Shown: positions 40,077 to 51,547, counted from the stretch's first letter. The stretch: 64,000 nt of DNA from an uncultured Gemmatimonadales bacterium (GCA_963836815.1 CAWILD010000012.1:691298-755297); one strand, 5' to 3'. Made by a program: numbers and translations. Notes: a model not told the origin generated them from the sequence alone.

Positions 40077-41099
40077 ATGGCCGTGACCCGCGACCGCATC
40101 GTTTTGAGTGCAGGTATCGTCACCCTCGGCCTTGGATTGGCCGCCTGGCGCGCGCGCCCACCGGGGCCTCAGCCGCCCGCGGGCTTCCTGATCGTCAACG
40201 GCGCGCTCGTGGTGACGGGCGTGCTCCTCATGGCCGCGTCCGCCATGGAGTCGCGCCGGCGACGACCGACGCGGCAGCAGGAGCCCGACGCCGCCCCCAG
40301 GCGGCCGGAGAGAGGAGGCTATCCCCTCCTCGGAGTCGCACTGGGCACCGGGCTCACCGCTCTTGGTTGGCATGCCGCGATCGTTTTCCTCGGAGCGATG
40401 GTGACGGCCTGGTCGGCGTGGCTGCTGACCGGACGTGAGGGCCGGTTGCCGCCGCCGGTCGCGCCGATGCTCACCTTGCTCCTGCTCCCGGTCTACCGGC
40501 TGTTGAGTACGATCGCGGGTCCCGTGGGCCTCGCCATGGGGTCCCTGTCCGAGGTCCCGATCAGCCCGCCGGCCGAGCGGCTGCTCGTCCCCGGCCTTCT
40601 GATCGCGGCGTGGGCGATGAGCGGCGTTCCGCCGTTCCATCGCCAGCTCGTGGGGGCGTTCAGCGCGCCCGCCGGGGCACTCCTTCTCTACCGTATCGGC
40701 GTGGGCGCGATGCCTGAGGGGATCGCCTACTGGCGAACGATCGCCTACCCCATCCTCGTAGTCGGCCTCTGGCTCTCGGCGCTCACGAGGCGAACGGCTC
40801 TGGTCGCGGTAGCAGGGGGGCTGCTCGGAGTCTTGAGTCTCGACCCGAGCGGCGTCGCAGGCGGGTTTCTGCTGCTGGGTGCGGCGATCGGAATCGAGGT
40901 GGCATCCAGGACCCATGGCCGCTCTCTCGCGGGACGAATCGCTCTGGGGATCCTGCTCGCTCTCGGGGGAGTCGAGGCGCTCACGGGAACGTTGCGGGTC
41001 GAAGTCGTCTACAGCGTTCTCGCGGCGATCGGTGTCGGTGTAACCCTGGCGACAGCGGCCCCCAATAGCCGTGGGTATATTTGGCGCGACGAGAGGTAA
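40077..41099 (+). CDS. Multi-pass membrane protein
   Basis: Many hydrophobic helices; GVPPFH resembles antiporter-like subunits. Confidence 0.6.
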   Translation: MAVTRDRIVLSAGIVTLGLGLAAWRARPPGPQPPAGFLIVNGALVVTGVLLMAASAMESRRRRPTRQQEPDAAPRRPERGGYPLLGVALGTGLTALGWHAAIVFLGAMVTAWSAWLLTGREGRLPPPVAPMLTLLLLPVYRLLSTIAGPVGLAMGSLSEVPISPPAERLLVPGLLIAAWAMSGVPPFHRQLVGAFSAPAGALLLYRIGVGAMPEGIAYWRTIAYPILVVGLWLSALTRRTALVAVAGGLLGVLSLDPSGVAGGFLLLGAAIGIEVASRTHGRSLAGRIALGILLALGGVEALTGTLRVEVVYSVLAAIGVGVTLATAAPNSRGYIWRDER

Positions 41100-41140
41100 G
41101 TGATTCGGAACTCTGCAGCTTTCATCACGAGGAGCCGGAC

Positions 41141-41758
41141 ATGGCGTTTACCCTTCCCCCCCTGCCATACCCCTACAACGCCCTCGAGCCGCACATCGAC
41201 GAGCGGACGATGCAGATCCACCACGACAAGCATCACGCCGCCTACGTGAACAACCTGAATGCGGCGCTGGAGCCCTTTCCCGATCTTCAGAAGAAGTCGG
41301 TCGAGGAGCTGATCGCGAATATCGACAGCCTCCCGGAGAAGGTCCGTACTCCGGTGCGGAACAACGGCGGTGGTCACGTGAACCACACCATGTTCTGGGA
41401 AATGATGGCGCCCGGCGGGGCCACAGAGCCCGGCGGCGACCTGGCTCAGGCGATCAACAAGGCGTTCGGTGGCTTCGACAAGTTCAAGGAAGCGTTCGGC
41501 AAGGCGTGCGTCGGACGGTTCGGCAGCGGTTGGGGCTGGCTGGTCGCCGATCGGACCGGGGCAGTCGCGATCGAAGACACCCCGAACCAGGACACGCCGC
41601 TCATGAATGGCCGGAGGCCGATCCTCGGCTGCGATGTGTGGGAGCACGCTTACTATCTGAAGTATCAGAATCGCCGGCCGGATTACGTGACCGCCTGGTG
41701 GAATGTCGTGAACTGGACCGACATCGCGAAGCGCTACGACGCCGCCAGGAAGAAGTGA
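41141..41758 (+). CDS. sodA: Superoxide dismutase (Mn-type signature)
   Basis: [26 protein letters not shown]. Confidence 0.95.
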   Translation: MAFTLPPLPYPYNALEPHIDERTMQIHHDKHHAAYVNNLNAALEPFPDLQKKSVEELIANIDSLPEKVRTPVRNNGGGHVNHTMFWEMMAPGGATEPGGDLAQAINKAFGGFDKFKEAFGKACVGRFGSGWGWLVADRTGAVAIEDTPNQDTPLMNGRRPILGCDVWEHAYYLKYQNRRPDYVTAWWNVVNWTDIAKRYDAARKK

Positions 41759-42219
41759 TGGCCGGCCTGCCCGCCGTGGGCACCCCCGCGCCCGATTTCA
41801 CGCTGCCGTCCACCAACGGCGCCGATGTCACCCTTTCAAAGCTGGAGGGGAAGAACGTGCTGCTCGCGTTCTTTCCCCTCGCGTTCACCCGGGTCTGCAC
41901 CACCGAGATGTGCGCATTCAGCGAGGAGCTCGACCGCTTCCGCAGAACCGACACAGAGGTGCTGCCGATCAGCGTGGACTCCGTGCCGACGCTCAAGGAA
42001 TTCAAGGCCAAGGAGCGTCTCTCGGTCGATCTCCTCAGCGACTTCAAGCGCGAGGTCAGCCGGCGCTACGGGACGCTGCTGGAGGACAAGTTCTTTTCCG
42101 GCCGGGCCTACGTCCTGATCGATCGGGCGGGCGTCGTGCGCTGGACCTTTTTCGAGGAAACCCCCGGCACCCGACGGGAGAACGACGAGCTCTTGAGGCA
42201 GATTCAAGCGCTCCGGTAG
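41758..42219 (+). CDS. Peroxiredoxin (AhpE-like)
   Basis: FFPLAFTRVCTTE; start overlaps the sodA stop. Confidence 0.88.
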   Translation: MAGLPAVGTPAPDFTLPSTNGADVTLSKLEGKNVLLAFFPLAFTRVCTTEMCAFSEELDRFRRTDTEVLPISVDSVPTLKEFKAKERLSVDLLSDFKREVSRRYGTLLEDKFFSGRAYVLIDRAGVVRWTFFEETPGTRRENDELLRQIQALR

Positions 42220-42275
42220 GCGGTGTATTCTTCGTCGTATCCACTCATCGTTCCGGCACCCCTACAAGGACCCTG

Positions 42276-42779
42276 ATGCGGCGTCTCCTCTTCGCTGCCG
42301 TTTGCCTTTCCTCGGCCGTCGGATGCCGTATCGAAGACCATACACCGCAGGGCTCCCGGCTGGACGAAGGAGCGGTGGCGGCCATCGTGAACGAGTATGC
42401 CCGGGCACTCTCCGCCCGGGACTGGTCGGGGGTGCGCTCCCTGTTCTGGAGGGATGGCGTGTATTCCGGACCGATGGTGCCCCGCTCGGTCGGTCACACC
42501 GTTCCGATCGACACGGCACTCCAGCGTTTCGCCTTCGCGCTCGATGGGGCGCCCCCAGGGTCGTTCGACGTCCGCGTCCTGCGCATCGACTTCCGCCAGG
42601 ACGGCGACCTCGCATCGGTCTGGCTGACGCTCCGGCGGCGCACGCCCCTGGGCGATGCCGGTCCGATGGAGCGGGACTGGGTCGAGCACCTGGTGCTTCG
42701 GCGAATCAGGAGCAACTGGCGAATCCTGAGTGTCGCCGGCTCCGCGGTGCCGCGCGCAAGTCCGCGCGAGATGCACTGA
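42276..42779 (+). CDS. NTF2-like lipoprotein
   Basis: AVGC lipobox; GDLASVW...WRILS. Confidence 0.65.
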   Translation: MRRLLFAAVCLSSAVGCRIEDHTPQGSRLDEGAVAAIVNEYARALSARDWSGVRSLFWRDGVYSGPMVPRSVGHTVPIDTALQRFAFALDGAPPGSFDVRVLRIDFRQDGDLASVWLTLRRRTPLGDAGPMERDWVEHLVLRRIRSNWRILSVAGSAVPRASPREMH

Positions 42780-42789
42780 GAGGCCGATA

Positions 42790-44270
42790 GTGACCGCCCC
42801 GCTCACGGTCGTCGGCGCGGTGGCTCGCCTGCTGAACACGAGTGTGGGTACCGAAGAGACCCTGGCCCAGGTGACGGAGACGCTTCGCCGGGGGCTCGAG
42901 GCCAAGTCGGTGACCTTGTGGTTCCGGAAGCCCGGCACGGTCGAGTTCGGGGCGATCACGGCCCCGCCGGGAGCCGGCTCGTCCTTCGTCGTGCGCCGGC
43001 TGGATGCCCTGCCGCCCGCCGGAGACTCCCTCCGCGTGCCGGTCGAGCACATGGGCAGCCGGTACGGAGTGCTCGAAGCCCTCCTGGATCCGCTCCCGGC
43101 CCGGGTCGAGACGGTCATGGTCGTCGCGGACCTGCTCGCGCCGTTCCTCGCGTCGCTCGAGTTGTCCGAGGACCTCGCCGGCGAGGTCGCCACCCAGTCC
43201 CGAGAGATCGAGGAGCATCGCCGCTTCACCAGCCTCGTGATCGACAGCCTGCCGGTCGGCCTTTATGTCGTGGACCGGAGCTACCGGATTCAGACCTGGA
43301 ACCGGAAGCGTGAGACCGGCACCCAGGGAATACGGCGGGACGACGTCGGTCGGCCGTCCGGTGTTCGAGGTCCTGACCCGCCAACCGACGGAGGAGCTCA
43401 AGGAGGAGTTCGACCGCGTCTTCCGCACCGGCGAGATTCAGCAGTTCGAGCAGGAAGTCACGCTCGGAGGCTGAGCGGCGCTGGTTCCGGCTGAGCAGGA
43501 TCCCCATGCGGCTCGACGGCGACGAGATCACCCACGTGATCACGATCGGCGAGGATGTGACCGGCTGGCACGGGGTGCAGAAACAGATCATGCAGACGGA
43601 AAAGCTGGCCGCGATCGGGCAGCTCGCGGCCGGCATCATGCACGAGATCAACAACCCGCTCGCGACGATCAGCGCCTGCGTCGCCGCGATCCAGGGTGTG
43701 CCAGGCTCGCCACCGGACGAATACCTCGACATCATCGACCGGGAGGTGGCGCGCTGCAGCCGGATCACCGACAGTCTGCTCGACTTCAGCCGTCCCAAGG
43801 CGACGACGAACAGAGGTCCGGTCGGGCTCAACGAGCTGGTCGAGGAGTCGCTCTCACTCCTGCGGCACCACCGGCGGTTCAAGCGGCTCGAGGTCGTGCG
43901 GGATCTGGACGCGGCCTCCCCGCGCATCATCGGCGACGGGGAGCAGCTCCTGCAGGTCCTGATGGCCCTGATGCTGAACGCGGTGGACGCGATGGAGCAG
44001 AGCGGGCAGCTCACCGTCCGGACGGCACGGGGTCGGACCCCGGAGGAAGGAGCCGTGGTCGAGGTGACCGATACCGGCGTCGGCATTCCGCAGGCCGAGC
44101 AGGGCAAGATCTTCGAGCCGTTCTACACCACCAAGTCGCCGGGCCGCGGCACAGGACTGGGCCTCTCGATCTGCTACGGGATCGTCACCAGTCACGGAGG
44201 TCGGATCGAGGTCAACAGCGTGCCCGGCCGGGGCTCCACCTTCCGCGTGCTCCTGCCGGCCGCGCAATGA
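42790..44270 (+). CDS. PAS-domain sensor histidine kinase (NtrB-like; frameshifted)
   Basis: GQLAAGIMHEINNPL, NAVDA, DTGVG, FYTTK, GTGLGL. Confidence 0.88.
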
Positions 44271-44935
44271 AGATTCTCGTCATCGAGGACGACCGGACGG
44301 TCGGGCAGTACGTGAAGCGCGGACTCGAAGAGCAGCGCTATCAGGCCGACCTCGTGGACGACGGCATGGAGGGGCTGCGGCTTGCCTCGGGCGGGCGCTA
44401 CGACCTGATCGTGCTTGACCTCAGACTTCCGGGGATGAGCGGCTTCGAAGTCCTGCGAACCCTCAGGGACCGGGGCACCACGACCCCGGTGCTGGTCCTC
44501 ACCGCCCAGGATGCCGTGGACTTCAAGGTCCAGGCCCTGCGGTCAGGCGCGGACGACTACGTCACGAAGCCGTTCGCGTTCGAGGAGCTCCTGGCCCGGG
44601 TCGAGGCGCTGGGCCGCCGGCCCAAGGAGATCAAGACACCGATCCTCCAGGTGGCCGACCTCGAGCTGGACACGGCGACGCGTGAAGTCCGGCGCACGGG
44701 CGAGCGGATCGACCTGACGCCGAAGGAGTACACGGTGCTCGAGTATCTCATGCGCCACACTGGCCGGGTCATGTCGCGCACGCTCATCACCGAATACGCC
44801 TGGGACTATCACTTCGATCCGGGCACCAACATCGTGGACGTCGTGATCAACCGGCTGCGGAAGAAGGTGGACTCGGGGCACGCGCAGAAGCTGGTGCATA
44901 CGGTGCGCGGCGTCGGGTACGTCGTGAAAGCATGA
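44267..44935 (+). CDS. OmpR-family response regulator (CusR-like)
   Basis: REC plus winged helix; TNIVDV, HTVRGVGY. Confidence 0.93.
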   Translation: MKILVIEDDRTVGQYVKRGLEEQRYQADLVDDGMEGLRLASGGRYDLIVLDLRLPGMSGFEVLRTLRDRGTTTPVLVLTAQDAVDFKVQALRSGADDYVTKPFAFEELLARVEALGRRPKEIKTPILQVADLELDTATREVRRTGERIDLTPKEYTVLEYLMRHTGRVMSRTLITEYAWDYHFDPGTNIVDVVINRLRKKVDSGHAQKLVHTVRGVGYVVKA

Positions 44936-46443
44936 CCACTATCCGCCGGCGGCTCACCTTCTGGTACACGGTGGCGCTGGGCCTGACGGTCTTCGCCTTC
45001 GGGACGCTGCTGTACCTCGAGCGCCGGCAGTCGAGCCTTCGCGAGCTCGACCAGCGGCTGTTACTCGAGGCGGATCTGGCCGACCGCTGGCTCCGCGAGT
45101 CGTACAACGTGCTGGGCCGGATCGTCACGACGGCCGGGGGGCGCCCCGCGCTCGATCCCGGCATCAGCGCCTATCTCGAGGCGGTCCGCGACCAGCTCAT
45201 CGTCGCGGATACCACCGGTCAGGTCCTGGCGCTTTCGGACGCGGCGCGTGAGCTCCGGGCCGACGACATTCAGCGGCTCACCACCTTGCTCGATTCCCTC
45301 CGCCTGCCGAAACAGGTCGGCAACGTGGACCTCGGTCCTCCGCTCGGCACCCAACGCTACCTCGTGGTCCGAGTCGAGCGGGCCGGGCCGGAAGTGGGCA
45401 GCGTGCTCGTAGCCACCTCGCTCAGCGAGGTCGCGTTCGGACCCGCCGAACTGCTCCGGTCCATGCTCCTGATCGCTCCGATCATCCTGCTAGCCGCGGC
45501 GCTCGTAGGCTACTGGCTCGCCGGTACCAGCCTCCGGCCGGTGCAGGGGATCATGGACGAGGTCGAGGCGATCAGCGACGGGACGAGCCTGCATCGGCGC
45601 GTCGCCGTCCCGGTATCCGGCGACGAGATGGCCAGGCTCGCGCTCACGGTGAACGGGATGCTGGCACGTCTCGAGCGGAGCTTCGCCAGCCTGCACCGGT
45701 TCACTGCCGATGCGAGCCACGAGCTCAAGACTCCCTTGATGGTGCTCCGCGCGGGGGTGGAGCGCGCCTTGATCCACCCGGGCATTCCGTCGGAGATCCT
45801 GCAGTCACTCGACGAGACCCTGGCCCAGATCAACCAGATGTCGGAGATGGTGGAGAACCTGCTGACGCTGGCTCGCGCGGACGAGGGCCGCGCCCCGCTT
45901 GCGGTGGAGGAGACCGACCTGCGCGAGGTGCTCGGAGATGTGGCCGAGACTGCCGGGATGCTGGGCGAGAGCGCGAGCATCGGGGTGACGACCGACATGC
46001 CGGCGGTGCCGGTCCGGTTGGCGGTGGACCGTCACCGGGTGAGAGAGATGCTCCTCAACCTCGTGACGAACGCGATCAAGTACACTCCGCAGGGCGGTAC
46101 GGTCTCGCTCACCCTCGCCGAGGAGGCGGACTCGGTCGTCTTTACGGTGAGGGACAGCGGGATCGGCATCGCGCCCGGCGACCTGCCGCACATCTTCGAG
46201 CGGTTCTGGCGGGCCGATCCAGCCCGCTCCCGCACCGGCGACAGGCCCGGCACGGGGCTGGGTCTGGCCATCACCAAGTGGATCGCCGAGGCGCATGGCG
46301 GCTCCATTACGGTGCACAGCCGACCCGGAAGAGGGACGATCTTCGTGGTGCGCCTGCCCCGGGTGGTGCCCGGTACCCCGAGCATAGAGGCCGGGGACGA
46401 CGAAGCCGCCGAAGAGCTGAGGCACGTGAACGTTACAGATTGA
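44932..46443 (+). CDS. HAMP sensor histidine kinase (CusS-like)
   Basis: Two TMs, HAMP, FTADASHELKTPL, HATPase boxes. Confidence 0.93.
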   Translation: MTTIRRRLTFWYTVALGLTVFAFGTLLYLERRQSSLRELDQRLLLEADLADRWLRESYNVLGRIVTTAGGRPALDPGISAYLEAVRDQLIVADTTGQVLALSDAARELRADDIQRLTTLLDSLRLPKQVGNVDLGPPLGTQRYLVVRVERAGPEVGSVLVATSLSEVAFGPAELLRSMLLIAPIILLAAALVGYWLAGTSLRPVQGIMDEVEAISDGTSLHRRVAVPVSGDEMARLALTVNGMLARLERSFASLHRFTADASHELKTPLMVLRAGVERALIHPGIPSEILQSLDETLAQINQMSEMVENLLTLARADEGRAPLAVEETDLREVLGDVAETAGMLGESASIGVTTDMPAVPVRLAVDRHRVREMLLNLVTNAIKYTPQGGTVSLTLAEEADSVVFTVRDSGIGIAPGDLPHIFERFWRADPARSRTGDRPGTGLGLAITKWIAEAHGGSITVHSRPGRGTIFVVRLPRVVPGTPSIEAGDDEAAEELRHVNVTD

Positions 46444-46475
46444 GGTCCCGCCGGTCCTCCCGTCTCCTAATTCAC

Positions 46476-46493
46476 TTGTCATCGAATTGTCAT
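46476..46493 (+). promoter_or_regulatory. OmpR/PhoB-type direct repeat upstream of tonB
   Basis: TTGTCAT-CGAA-TTGTCAT, 11-bp period. Confidence 0.55.
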
Positions 46494-46567
46494 CTTTGGG
46501 CAAAAGGGGCGCTATCGAGCGGGTGATACCTTCTCCGCCACGTTAACCCTCCCCTGGAGGTTCGTGC

Positions 46568-47271
46568 GTGTTCGAAAACCTGATCGAGTCCAAAACCACA
46601 GGCGAAGAAGTCGATTGGGCAGACGATCCTCTCGTTCCTGGTGCACGCGGCCGTGATCTTCGCGGCCGTGAAGGTCACCACCGGGGCCGCCGAGGGGATC
46701 AAGAAGATCGTGGCCGATACGACCATGGTCTTCCTCAAGCCCCCGCCGCCTCCGCCGCCGCCGCCCGATCAGCCGCCACCCGACGTCATCGTGTCACAGA
46801 ACCCGCCCCCGAAGGGGTTCCAGACCGTGGTGGCGCCGACCGACATCCCGAAGGACATTCCGCCCATCGATCTCGACGAGAAGCCGTTCGATCCCAAGGA
46901 CTTCACTGGGAAGGGCGTCGAGGGCGGCATCGCCGCCGGGATCGTGGGTGGGACGGGGCCGGTCACCGGCGAAGTGTTCCTGGAGGCGCAGCTGGATGAT
47001 CCGGTCCAGCCGATCTCCATCCCGACCCCGCGGTATCCGCCGGTGCTGCAGAGCGCCGGGATCGCGGGCCGGGTCGAGCTGCAGTACGTAGTGGATACGA
47101 CCGGCCACGCCGAGCCGGCCTCCTTCAAGGTGCTCAAGACGACGCATCCCGCGTTCGTCGAGCCGGCCAAGGAGGCGATCGCCAAGGGCGTGTTCAAGCC
47201 GGCCAAGTTCAAGGGCACAGCCGGTGCGCCAGTTGGTGCAACAGGCCATTTCGTTCAAGGTCGGTCAATAA
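46568..47271 (+). CDS. tonB: TonB energy transducer (frameshifted)
   Basis: MFENLIES, TM with His, Pro-rich linker, YP..L..AGI.GRV C-terminal domain. Confidence 0.85.
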
Positions 47272-47293
47272 ACCCGCGAGGAGAACATTTCCG

Positions 47294-48043
47294 ATGAGTG
47301 TAGACCTGATTCACCTCTGGGGCACGATGGGCTGGTTCGCCAAGGGCGTCGTCTTCGTCATGGCGTTCATGTCCATCTGGTCGCTGACGGTCATGATCAC
47401 GAAGTTCATCCAGTTCCAGCGCACCCAGGCGGAGACCCGGAAGTTCGCGCCGCAGTTCTCGCGGGCGATCCAGGAGGAGAACCTCGACCAGGCCATCGCG
47501 CTGGCCGAGAAGAACAAGAAGAGCCACGTCTCCCGGGTGCTCGGTGAGGCGCTGGCCGAAGTGAAGCCGCTGCTCCGCGACCGGGCCACCATCACCGCCG
47601 CCGACATCAACTCCGCCGAGCGCGCGGTCGAGCGGCAGATGCTGATCACTCTCGCCGAGTTCAAGCGGGGCACCGGCATCCTCGCCACCGTCGGCTCCAC
47701 CGCGCCGTTCGTCGGCCTCCTCGGCACCACGATGGGTATCGTGAACGCCTTCACCGGCATGGCCCAGCAGGGCGCGTCGGGCGGTCTGGCCGGCATCTCG
47801 GCCGGTATCGCCGAGGCGCTGATCACGACGGCCTTCGGCCTCATGGTCGCGATTCCGGCGGTGTGGGCGTACAACTACTTCACCACCAAGATCGAGAACC
47901 TGGCCGTGGAGATGACGTACACCTCGAAGGAGCTGATCGACTACCTCATCAAGAGCGTCGGCAGCGAGTTCGGCCGCTCGATCTTCACCAAGGAATTCCA
48001 GGCCCAGAAGGCGGTCAGCGGCAGCGGCCAGATCTCAGGCTGA
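47294..48043 (+). CDS. exbB: ExbB/TolQ proton channel
   Basis: APFVGLLGT, GIAEALITTA.GL. Confidence 0.92.
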   Translation: MSVDLIHLWGTMGWFAKGVVFVMAFMSIWSLTVMITKFIQFQRTQAETRKFAPQFSRAIQEENLDQAIALAEKNKKSHVSRVLGEALAEVKPLLRDRATITAADINSAERAVERQMLITLAEFKRGTGILATVGSTAPFVGLLGTTMGIVNAFTGMAQQGASGGLAGISAGIAEALITTAFGLMVAIPAVWAYNYFTTKIENLAVEMTYTSKELIDYLIKSVGSEFGRSIFTKEFQAQKAVSGSGQISG

Positions 48044-48081
48044 GCGCGGCCCACCCGTGACCCCGAGGAGGAGATAGGGCC

Positions 48082-48543
48082 ATGGCAATGGCAATAGGCA
48101 GTACCGGACAGACCTCGGTCAAGTCCGAGCCCAACGTGGTACCGATGATCGACATCATGCTCGTGCTGTTGATCATCTTCATGATCGTGACGCCGCTGAT
48201 CGCGGCGGGCTTCAAGGCGACCATGCCCAAGGGCAAGAACCTCGACGCCCGTCCCGAAGGTGAGAACGAGGTGATCCTCGGCATCGACGATGCCGGCCGG
48301 TACTTTCTCAACGGCCGTCCACTTCCCGAGGGGACTCTCGAGGACCAGCTTCGCGGCATCTTCGCGGCCCGAACCGAGGACAAGATCCTCTACTTCAAGG
48401 CCGACAACCAGCTGAAGTACGGCAAGATCCAGGAGGCGGTGGAGACGGCACGCCGGTCCGGCGTGCGCGTGATGGCCGCCATCACCGAACCGTCGGTCCA
48501 GCAGGGCCTGTTCGCAGGGGACGACGAGAAGGAGAAGAAATAA
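48082..48543 (+). CDS. exbD: ExbD/TolR
   Basis: NVVPMIDIMLVLLIIFM. Confidence 0.92.
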   Translation: MAMAIGSTGQTSVKSEPNVVPMIDIMLVLLIIFMIVTPLIAAGFKATMPKGKNLDARPEGENEVILGIDDAGRYFLNGRPLPEGTLEDQLRGIFAARTEDKILYFKADNQLKYGKIQEAVETARRSGVRVMAAITEPSVQQGLFAGDDEKEKK

Positions 48544-48963
48544 ATGGCCGGAGGAACCGGGCAAGCACGCGGCGAGGTTTCGTCCGAGCCGAACGTCGTT
48601 CCGATGATCGACATCCTGCTGGTGCTGCTGATCATCTTCATGATCACGCAGCCGTTGTCCCGGATGGCGATGGACGTGCAGGTGCCGCCGCCGGAACAGA
48701 CGACGACCACCCAGCAGGCCAACAATCAGATCGTGCTGGAGCTGGCGGACGACGGCGGCTACGCCATCAACGGCCAGCCGGTCCCGAAGGACCAGCTGGA
48801 TACCCAGATCCACGCGATCTTCGACCCCCGGCCGGCCAAGTTGCTGTTCATCAAGGCCGGGGCGAACCGGCTCTACCAGGACGTGATCGAGGCGATGGAC
48901 GTCGCCCGGGGGGCAGGGGTTCAGATCATCGGGTTCACCCCCCAGGAAGCCAACAAGAAGTAG
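48544..48963 (+). CDS. exbD: ExbD/TolR
   Basis: NVVPMIDILLVLLIIFM. Confidence 0.92.
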   Translation: MAGGTGQARGEVSSEPNVVPMIDILLVLLIIFMITQPLSRMAMDVQVPPPEQTTTTQQANNQIVLELADDGGYAINGQPVPKDQLDTQIHAIFDPRPAKLLFIKAGANRLYQDVIEAMDVARGAGVQIIGFTPQEANKK

Positions 48964-48996
48964 AACCGCCGGTCCCTGAACCCAGCGGGTCGCAGG

Positions 48997-49031
48997 AACA
49001 CGCGGGAGCCGGTCGGCTCCCGCGTGTTTTT
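48997..49031 (+). terminator. Intrinsic terminator
   Basis: AACACGCGGGAGCCG/CGGCTCCCGCGTGTT followed by TTT. Confidence 0.8.
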
Positions 49032-49087
49032 GTGGCTGCCCCCAGCGTCTCTCGGGGTGAGCGGCCGTTATCTTTCCGCCTGATGCC

Positions 49088-49894
49088 ATGAGCCACGAGG
49101 ACCGACCCACGCCACAGCCCCCACCCAGCCTGCTGCTTCCAGGCGCCAGACGCCGGTACGGCGGCCTGATCGTCTCCCTCCTGCTGCATACGGCGCTGCT
49201 CGCGTTCGTGGTGCTGCACGGCGACCGCCTGTGGCAGCGCACGCTGGCCCCGGGTGCGCCATCGCTGTTCCTCATGGGTGGGGGCGGCGGTGGCGGGGGG
49301 AATCGCGCGGCGTATATTACCCTGCCTTCGCCACCGAAGACGGCAGCGCCGGCCATGCCGAAGGTCGCGCCCCCGCCGGTCGAAACTCCGCCGGAAGTCG
49401 TTCAGCCCGCCGTCGAGCCCCAGGTGGTGGCTCCGGTAAACCCGTCACCGGATACGTTGCCGTCGCCCGCCGCATCGGCCGGTCCAGTCCAAGCGGCCGG
49501 GGGCACCACTGGTCCGGGAAGCGACGGCGGCACCGGTGGAGGTGCCGGCGGTGGGGTGGGGGAGGCAACGGGTGGCGGGCTCGGTCCGGGGACCGGTCCG
49601 GGTGGCGGTGGCGGCACCGTTCGTCCTCCCGAGTTGCGCGATCTCGCGTTCCCCTTCGACAATCCTCCGAAGGAGCTGCGGGGCGCCTCGCTCGCCGTGA
49701 CTTTCTGGGTCCGGAACGACGGTCGAGTGGACCGCTACGAAGTCGTCCCGGCGATCGCCGACCGCGACTACGCGCGCAAGTTCGACGAAGTCATCCGCGC
49801 ATTTCGATTCACGCCCGCTCGCATGCCGGACGGCACCAAGGTCCCTGGCACGACCACGGTGACCTTTACGCTGCCCGGCAAGCGGAGCTCCTGA
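49088..49894 (+). CDS. TonB-like protein
   Basis: SLLLH TM, Pro/Gly-rich linker, FRFTPA C-terminal domain. Confidence 0.7.
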   Translation: MSHEDRPTPQPPPSLLLPGARRRYGGLIVSLLLHTALLAFVVLHGDRLWQRTLAPGAPSLFLMGGGGGGGGNRAAYITLPSPPKTAAPAMPKVAPPPVETPPEVVQPAVEPQVVAPVNPSPDTLPSPAASAGPVQAAGGTTGPGSDGGTGGGAGGGVGEATGGGLGPGTGPGGGGGTVRPPELRDLAFPFDNPPKELRGASLAVTFWVRNDGRVDRYEVVPAIADRDYARKFDEVIRAFRFTPARMPDGTKVPGTTTVTFTLPGKRSS

Positions 49895-49924
49895 GCGCGA
49901 CCGCGTTCTCACCTCGAGCGCCGC

Positions 49925-49974
49925 GAAGGGGGCATGACCAGGCTCATGTCCCCTTCAGTTTGTTCAGGGTGACA
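49925..49974. repeat. Degenerate REP-like palindrome
   Basis: Partial copy of 51566-51637. Confidence 0.7.
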
Positions 49975-50005
49975 CGGCAGGATCCACAGAAGCGATGAGG
50001 ATCTC

Positions 50006-51547
50006 ATGAGCAGTTTACTGGCCCGGAAGTCGGTGCAGGATTGCGAGAATGACATCCTCGAGCGAGGCGGCCTCAAGCGCTCGCTCGGCAAGTGGCACCT
50101 CACGGCGCTCGGTGTCGGGGCGACGATCGGGGCGGGGATCTTCGCCACCACGGGCACCGCAATCGTCGGCGACGAGCTCCGTCCGGGCGCGGGTCCCGCC
50201 ATCGTCCTTTCCTTCATGCTGACCGCCGCCACCTGCGGGTTCGCGGCCCTTTGCTACGCGGAGTTCGCCGCGATGGTGCCGATCTCCGGATCGGCGTACA
50301 CCTACGCCTATGCGTCGCTGGGCGAGTTCGTGGCCTGGATCATCGGGTGGGACTTGATCGTCGAGTACGCGGTGGGCAACATCGGCGTGGCGATCGGCTG
50401 GTCGGGCTATTTCCGGGAGCTGCTTTCGCACTTCGGCGTGGCGCTCCCCGCGTGGCTGGCTACCGACATCCGATCGGCCCACATGGCGGCAGAGGCAGTC
50501 GCGGCCGGAGCGACGGATGCCTCGAGTCGGTATCTCGCATCGGCGGTCGACACCGCACCGCACGTCTTCGGGTTCCCGTTCGTCGCCAATCTCCCCGCCT
50601 TCCTCGTCGTCGCCCTCATCACTACAGTGCTCGTCATCGGCATCCGGGAGTCGGCGAACTTCAACAACGGGATGGTGCTCCTCAAGGTCGCCATCATCCT
50701 GTTCTTCGTCGGCGTCGGGATCACCTTGATCCGGCCCGAAAACTGGAACAACCCGGCCACCGGCGGCTTCGCCCCGAACGGGTTCGCCGGCATCAGCGCG
50801 GGCGCCGCGATCATCTTCTTCAGCTATATCGGGTTCGACGCGACGTCCACCGCCGCGGAAGAGGCCAAGGATCCGGCGCGGGACATGCCGTTCGGCATCA
50901 TCATGAGCCTGGTGGTGTGCACCGTGTTGTACATCATCCTGTCGGCCGTCATGACCGGAATGGCACCCTGGCCGAAGCTCGGGACGCCCGAGCCGATGAT
51001 CACGGCGCTCGCGCTGGCCGACGGCTCCCCTCGGCTGCTGCAGATCTCCCGGTTCATCGTCGCTCTCGGCGCCGTCATCGCCATGGGCAGCGTGCTGCTC
51101 GTCTTCCAGCTCGGTCAGCCGCGCATCTTCATGTCGATGGCTCGGGATGGTCTGCTGCCGCCGTTTCTTGCGAAGGTGCACCCCCGATTCAAGACGCCGT
51201 ACGTGGGCACCATCATGACCGGCTTCTTCGTGGCGACCTTCGCCGCCTTCGCCAACATCGCGGAGGTCGTGGACCTCACCAACATCGGTACCCTCTTCGC
51301 TTTCGTGCTGGTGTCGGCCGGGGTGATCGTGTTGCGAAGGGTCGAGCCGGACCGGCCGCGGCCGTTCCGGGCGCCCTGGGTGCCCTTCACGCCGATCGCC
51401 TCCATCCTGGCGTGCCTCTACCTCATGCTGCAGCTCCCGCTCCTCACCTGGATACGGTTCGGAGTCTGGCTCGCATTGGGAATGGTGGTCTACTTCCTGT
51501 ACGGGGTGCGGCACAGCCGGATTCGGCGGCGGAACGCGGGCAACTAG
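50006..51547 (+). CDS. APC-family amino acid permease
   Basis: GATIGAGIF, CYAEFA..P.SGSAY, FFSYIGFD. Confidence 0.93.
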   Translation: MSSLLARKSVQDCENDILERGGLKRSLGKWHLTALGVGATIGAGIFATTGTAIVGDELRPGAGPAIVLSFMLTAATCGFAALCYAEFAAMVPISGSAYTYAYASLGEFVAWIIGWDLIVEYAVGNIGVAIGWSGYFRELLSHFGVALPAWLATDIRSAHMAAEAVAAGATDASSRYLASAVDTAPHVFGFPFVANLPAFLVVALITTVLVIGIRESANFNNGMVLLKVAIILFFVGVGITLIRPENWNNPATGGFAPNGFAGISAGAAIIFFSYIGFDATSTAAEEAKDPARDMPFGIIMSLVVCTVLYIILSAVMTGMAPWPKLGTPEPMITALALADGSPRLLQISRFIVALGAVIAMGSVLLVFQLGQPRIFMSMARDGLLPPFLAKVHPRFKTPYVGTIMTGFFVATFAAFANIAEVVDLTNIGTLFAFVLVSAGVIVLRRVEPDRPRPFRAPWVPFTPIASILACLYLMLQLPLLTWIRFGVWLALGMVVYFLYGVRHSRIRRRNAGN

